A stretch of 64,000 nucleotides of DNA from the NCBI GenBank assembly GCA_963924565.1, contig OZ004613.1, positions 10,850,001 to 10,914,000 on the forward strand, given 5' to 3'. Positions within the stretch are counted from its first letter, which is position 1, and each line of letters begins with the position of its first letter. The stretch is from Ascidiella aspersa (taxonomy: Eukaryota). The notes beneath the pieces are model-generated. The model had not been told where the DNA came from and did no database searches. It saw only the letters and a program-made list of their open reading frames with translations. Shown here piece after piece: positions 58,865 to 64,000 of the stretch. A program made the position numbers and the translations under genes.

Positions 58865-59898
58865 CAGTGGTTCTCAACCTGGGGGTCGTTACCCCCAAGG
58901 GGGTCGCAAAGGGCTATTGGGGGGGTCGCCATGTACAATTTCATTAAGGAAATAATCATAAGAATTAGGCAATATGAACTAACAGTTTAGCAGTGAGCAA
59001 AAGAACCGCCAGTCTAACATTTGTCTTTGTGCGGCTTTTGCTGCAGTGAACCTGTCGCGTTTATGTTGTCACCATTACACTTTTCAATTAATGAATCAAG
59101 CCTAGCTTCAGTCTAACGATGTCTAATAAAAATGAATGAACGCTCAAACCAGAATTGCCAGAAGGCCTAAAATTTGAACCAAAAACAATAAATTGTCCTA
59201 ATTTAACTGCCGTGTCCGATGGTTTGTAAATCATTAGGAGAGTAAGCTTTCTGTCCTAATTTAGCCAAATTTATGTGAAACATTGTGGGATGAAGTAAAA
59301 CCACGGGCTCACGAGGCCTACAAACTTTGTTTATACCAACTTTAATAACGTTAATTGAAAAAATTGTTCGCGCTTCGCGTCAGGTGTAGTATAGGGCGCT
59401 TTAGTTACAAATTGAAATTTAGGCCAAGTAACAATACAGTTTGTGCTAGGTTTACAATAGGTTACAGGCAAAGTTTACTTTTTGCGGTATCATAACATTT
59501 TAAATAGCCTTTTCCAAAACATTCACAGAATACTAAATAAAATTTTGGTCTTGCCGTTTTGGCAAAAAGAAATAGAATTTACAGAAAACTTTATTATTGC
59601 ACTGCTGCTGACGACTAACCGTTTTGTAAATTTGTAAGGAATTTTGGCTGCCAAGAACAGTTATACCTCCATTGATTACCTTTAGTCTCAAACCATAACT
59701 TTAGCTTGTTGTGCATAGTACATTTCAGCCAAATTTTGATACAATCCTAACTAGATTTTTTCCCTTTTGAATTTTTCCTATTTTAAAATGTGTTTTTTAT
59801 TTACTTAGGTTTATTTATTACACACTATAATTAGGGGGTCGCGCAAGTTATTGAAAACTTAAAGGGGGTCGCGAGAACAAAAAGGTTTAGAACCACTG
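58865..59898. mobile_element. Non-autonomous hAT element, 1034 bp
   Basis: TIR CAGTGGTTCTCAACCT / AGGTTTAGAACCACTG; perfect TSD GTTTAAAG; GGGGTCGC subterminal repeats at both ends; no transposase ORF. Confidence 0.92.
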
Positions 59899-60983
59899 GT
59901 TTAAAGGGAACTTTTTAGCACAAAGGCACCGTGTTTATTTAATGGTTGCCCACCCCTATTCTGCACTATAAGTTGGTGTTCGTAACGATGTGTTTTTGTG
60001 TGTCTGTGTGAGTTGGGAGGGGGGTCGTAAAGATTAAGCTGAAACCTATTTGTCAAAGTTAACATAGAGAAAGGGCAAAAACTATTATGAAAATATCAAC
60101 AACGAAAATAAAAAATTGGGTGGTTTGAAACCTCTAGACAAAATGCTACATGCGTTTGTATGGACTTCAATAATTACTTAATTTACGTAAATTACGTCTG
60201 GTACTCTACTATTATAACTGTTTATTCTGAATAGATTAACTTTTCCATAAGCCTGAGTTAATCCATGTCGCCACCGATATTGCAACGTTTCTAATAAGTG
60301 GGTAAAAATCGTACAAACGTAGCAAGAAATAAGCTATTTGCTCTCGACCTTATAATGTACATTTTTAGGGTGAGTTAGGTTTTTTTGGAGATTATGTAAG
60401 GATGTCGTAATACATTTAAATGGGATAATATACACTTTGCAAAATTGTGCAGAATAATTTTATTAAAAACGAAAAAAAAGAGAAAGAATAGTGTTTTTTC
60501 TCAATGAGTTACATCAAATTTTCGAAGCCCTTATTCAAACTCACGGGCAATTTGAAAAGTTAAAGATGCAACATTGATGAAAGAAAACAAATCGTATTCT
60601 GACTTGCACTTTTCTCATCAAAAGTTATTTGTTTAAGTGTCTTAACGTTGTATTTTGAGTTTTGATAAGTTGAAAAATGAGTTCTATCATTTACCGATCA
60701 TTAATTTAAAACTATTTAGAAATTAGATAAGAGACGGTTACCTTATTTCAATTTGCGTAGTGCAAGGTTAGGATTTAATATTTACTTTTTAACTTCCCAA
60801 ATTTTTTTCCTGTAATTTGGAATAAGCTTGATACGAAAAACTGTGCGACACCAAACATAAATGGTCTTGCAATATTGTTGTTGTACATTTTGTTCATATT
60901 TGGTTAATATTATAGCCTACCCCCAATAAAACCGTTATGTTTGCACATGCTTAGTTTAACACAAAATATTGTAAACTGGTAAA

Positions 60984-63735
60984 ATGCAGTGGGGAATGTT
61001 TATTTGTGTTTGTGCTTTGCTCGCTTTGCGTTGGAAATGGAACAAAGGCAAGATGCAACCTAGATCAGTTCACGTGTTTCAAGTCAGTTGGCGAAACAAG
61101 TGCAAATTGCATCAACCAAACTCAAGTTTGAGACGGGTTGTGGCATTGTATACGCGGTGATGATGAGATGAACTGTACAACCTGCAAACCAGGAGCGAAG
61201 AAGTGCGATGATGGGAAGCAATGTGCTCGCGCAACTAATTGGTGCGAAGGGTGGGATAATTGTTACGATGGTAGCGATGAGAGGAACTGCACATTCTGCA
61301 AACCAGGAGCGAAGATGTGCGATGATGGGAGGCAGTGTATTGGTGCAAAGATGTGGTGCAATGGGAGGAAGAATTGTGACGATTGGAGTGATGAGACGAC
61401 TGTAGCAGTTGTGGAAGTGGTTTGGTACATTGCAACGATGGGCTTCAGTGCGTTAGCAATGAATACATGTGTTCATATGGTCCTAATTGCTTGGACGGTA
61501 GCGACCAGTGGTTTTGTAGAGCTTGCCAGCAACAAGTGGCTAACGGTAGGATCCAGTGCGTCGGACGAAAATAGCTTTGCGATGATCGAAGTGTGTATGT
61601 TGACAACAAGTGGGTTAAAGTTATACATTGTTCAAACGAAACAAGCAAAATCATGGTTCAAGCGATCCACACTACCACGACTTGCCGCCAACTCATGGGG
61701 CCGTGTGAAGGGCGGAGAGACAGGGTTTGTGGAAATGGACAGTGGCTTTGTGAGGAGGGAACACAGACAAGTTTTTCGCGATGCAGTAACGGCAATCTCA
61801 TTCCAACTCTTGAATATTGCGACAACTACATTCGTTGCAATGACGAAGAAATTAAAACTGGACCGGGTTTTAAATGCTCGGGAACAGCCACAAGAGCAAT
61901 TTGTGTTTTACAGCAGATAAACATTTACGACGATGAACCTCAGACATTTGTTTCGTTGATGGACAATTTGTTTGCTTCTTGTGTTTGGACAAACGACTAG
62001 TTGTTTCTCAACAGCAAGTTTGTGACGGGGTTCCAGACTGTTACGATCTTTCCGATGAATGTTTGTGCGACGACCAAACCGTTTGCCATAATATATTAGG
62101 CGACGCTGGACACACTTGCCCTCCTAACCAAATGCATTGCAGTAATGAAACTGACTGCGTGGATATGGACAAAATGCTTTGCAACCCAGAAGTCATGTGT
62201 GTAGGAGAATCCAACACGAAGTATTGCGGACTCGCTCAGGAAGACAATGAAGTAGATCACATGTATTGCCGACCTGCCATATATTTACCCCCCGCACACG
62301 CCAAGAAGTGCGATGGCAGACCTGAATGTTACCACATGGAAGATGAATGCAAAGGTTGTCAGCCTCGACCCAAGTTCTGCGATGTGAAGTGCATGCTTGA
62401 CAGAGCCATTGGATGAGTAGCATGCAAGGGGGTGAAGTGGTCATTGTGCGATGAACGTGGATTGTGTCACAAGCGCCACCATTGCGCCAGTGGAACGCTC
62501 ACCAGCATCGATGTCAACAACCTTTGTGACGGAACAATAGACTGTGACGACGGATCCGATGAGGATACGACGCGATGCAACAAAACAAGGTTTTACTGTC
62601 GCAATGAAAAGCCCCTGTCTGTCGACATCAAATTGGTTGAAGATGGATTCCCTCAATGTTCGGACGGAAGTGACGAATGTCCGCCCATTAGTAAGCGAAG
62701 TTCCACTTTCTCAAATCAAAAGGAAATGATCGCCAACCCTGTTTACAGAGCCTTCTTCTGGTTAATGGGGTTGGCGGCTTGCATCGGGAATTTAGCGGTT
62801 GTCGTTATTACTATAAAGGACATCTTAAATGATAAAAATGCAAATAACTTCACAAAAAGCACCTATATATTTTTGCTTAGTTTGGCACTCGCAGATTTTC
62901 TCATGGGCAGGGCATTTATCTTATCGCAATAAGCATAAAGGGTTTACAGTTTTCGGGGAATTATTGCTCGTTTGACGCACTTTGGCGCACAAGTACTACC
63001 TGCTCCATTCTGGGGGTGTTGTGTGTTTTAGCTACCATAGCCTCTTTGGGTACTATGGCTGTCATGACAGCGTTTAGACTTGTAGCAGTTTATAAACCAT
63101 TTGTCGCTAGAACTATGGAGTTAAAGGGGATTTACATTTCATGTGCATGTGTTTGGCTGTTTGCATTTTCATTTTCACTTTCGCCTTTGTTTGATTACAA
63201 TTCAGGATACTTTGTTTCCCATGTTTGGTTTTCAAGTAGATTTTTTAAAACTGGTGAAGTTCTTAAAGAAAAAATAATTAATTTAGGCAATAAAATAAAA
63301 CCACATAACATGACGTCACTTTATTGGCATGACGTCACTCAGCTTATGAGCAAAACCTTCCCCAATCAACCGATAAAAGGAACATTTGGATATAATGGGA
63401 AAACTTGTGTTTGCATGCCCAGACTGTTCGCCTCTGCAAATGACGCTTCTTGGCAATATTCTGTGTTTCTTATCACACTCAATTTTCTGCTGTTTATTTT
63501 TATGCTTGTGGCTTACGCTCTTATTTACATACGGGGTAGCAAAATGGCTAAATCTAGAAACAAGCAACCCAACAGCGAAATGCAAAAACGCATTTCTCGC
63601 TTACTTATTACTGACTTCTGTTGCTGGATCCCAATATGTGTGCTTGCTTACTTGGCTGTTTCTGGTGTTCCACTCCCCAATGACGTTTATCTTATTAGTG
63701 CTGGTATTTTGCTTCCCATTAACAGTGCATTGAAC
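60984..63735 (+). pseudogene. Intronless LDLa-repeat rhodopsin-type GPCR (GRL101/LGR-related, no LRRs), disabled
   Basis: ATG 60984 with a hydrophobic leader, many LDLa repeats (CEGWDNCYDGSDE, CDGVPDCYDLSDEC, CDGTIDCDDGSDE) and LGR-type 7TM motifs (GNLAVV, SLALADFLMG, LITDFCCWIPI, LLPINSALN). Lesions: frameshift ~61025, TGA at 61129 in a Cys position, frameshift ~61395, TAG ~61572, shifts near 61950-62000 and 62420, a 5-nt duplication (gggca) ~62905, and truncation inside NPxxY. Confidence 0.88.
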
Positions 63736-64000
63736 CTGAGGGGGGTGAGTCGGATAATGAGTCTTCATTTATATAATTGCCAAGATGAATCGACCACACT
63801 CCTACAAGATTTGAGATGGCCTGTCTTCGTGAGGCCAGACAGGTCCAATTCTTTCCTTTAGTTCAGATACATGAACAGTCAATTTTGCTGTCTTAGTAAA
63901 AGCTGTAAAAGCCTCTCTCTGCACTATAGGCAGTACTGGGTGATACTGGTTGATACTGGTTGATACTGATTTTTATTCGATTGTGCGACTATACTTATTG

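Noticed and set aside
58655-59898. Transposase in or near the 1-kb hAT element
   Set aside because: There is no long ORF or DDE/BED motif; the element is non-autonomous.
61129-61131. In-frame TGA at a conserved LDLa Cys as possible selenocysteine or readthrough
   Set aside because: The gene also has several frameshifts, a TAG and a truncation, so a simple nonsense mutation is more parsimonious.

Overview
Eukaryotic (animal) genomic DNA. It is AT-rich and intron-dense. The gene families and the excess of TGACGTCA suggest a tunicate/ascidian (inference, not tested). I traced four genes by hand through splice sites and codon phase. (1) + strand, 110-30556: the 3' part of a CNK/CNKSR scaffold gene with a PH domain, a CRAC/IPCEF1-type C-terminal helix and a PDZ ligand ETDL. 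Its 12.4-kb intron contains a candidate internal first exon that would give an IPCEF1-like short isoform. (2) - strand, 38257-33446: a 4-exon P-loop sulfotransferase-like gene with a C-terminal membrane anchor. (3) - strand, 52906-40451: a ~21-exon LDL-receptor-family gene with an unusual ectodomain (4 LDLa, EGF, YWTD propeller, EGF, mucin, sushi/CCP, EGF, mucin, TM, NPxY). (4) + strand, 60984-63735: an intronless, multiply disabled LDLa-GPCR (GRL101-like, no LRRs) pseudogene, with a more decayed relic at ~56.7-57.2 kb. Introns and intergenic DNA carry many non-autonomous hAT MITEs with 8-bp TSDs, a Harbinger-type MITE inserted inside a splice donor, tRNA-derived SINE fragments and short tandem duplications. 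No rRNA, intact tRNA, CRISPR array or autonomous transposase was seen. Most short ORFs in the track are spurious. I found no convincing wholly new system; the best leads are the receptor architecture and the internal CNK start.
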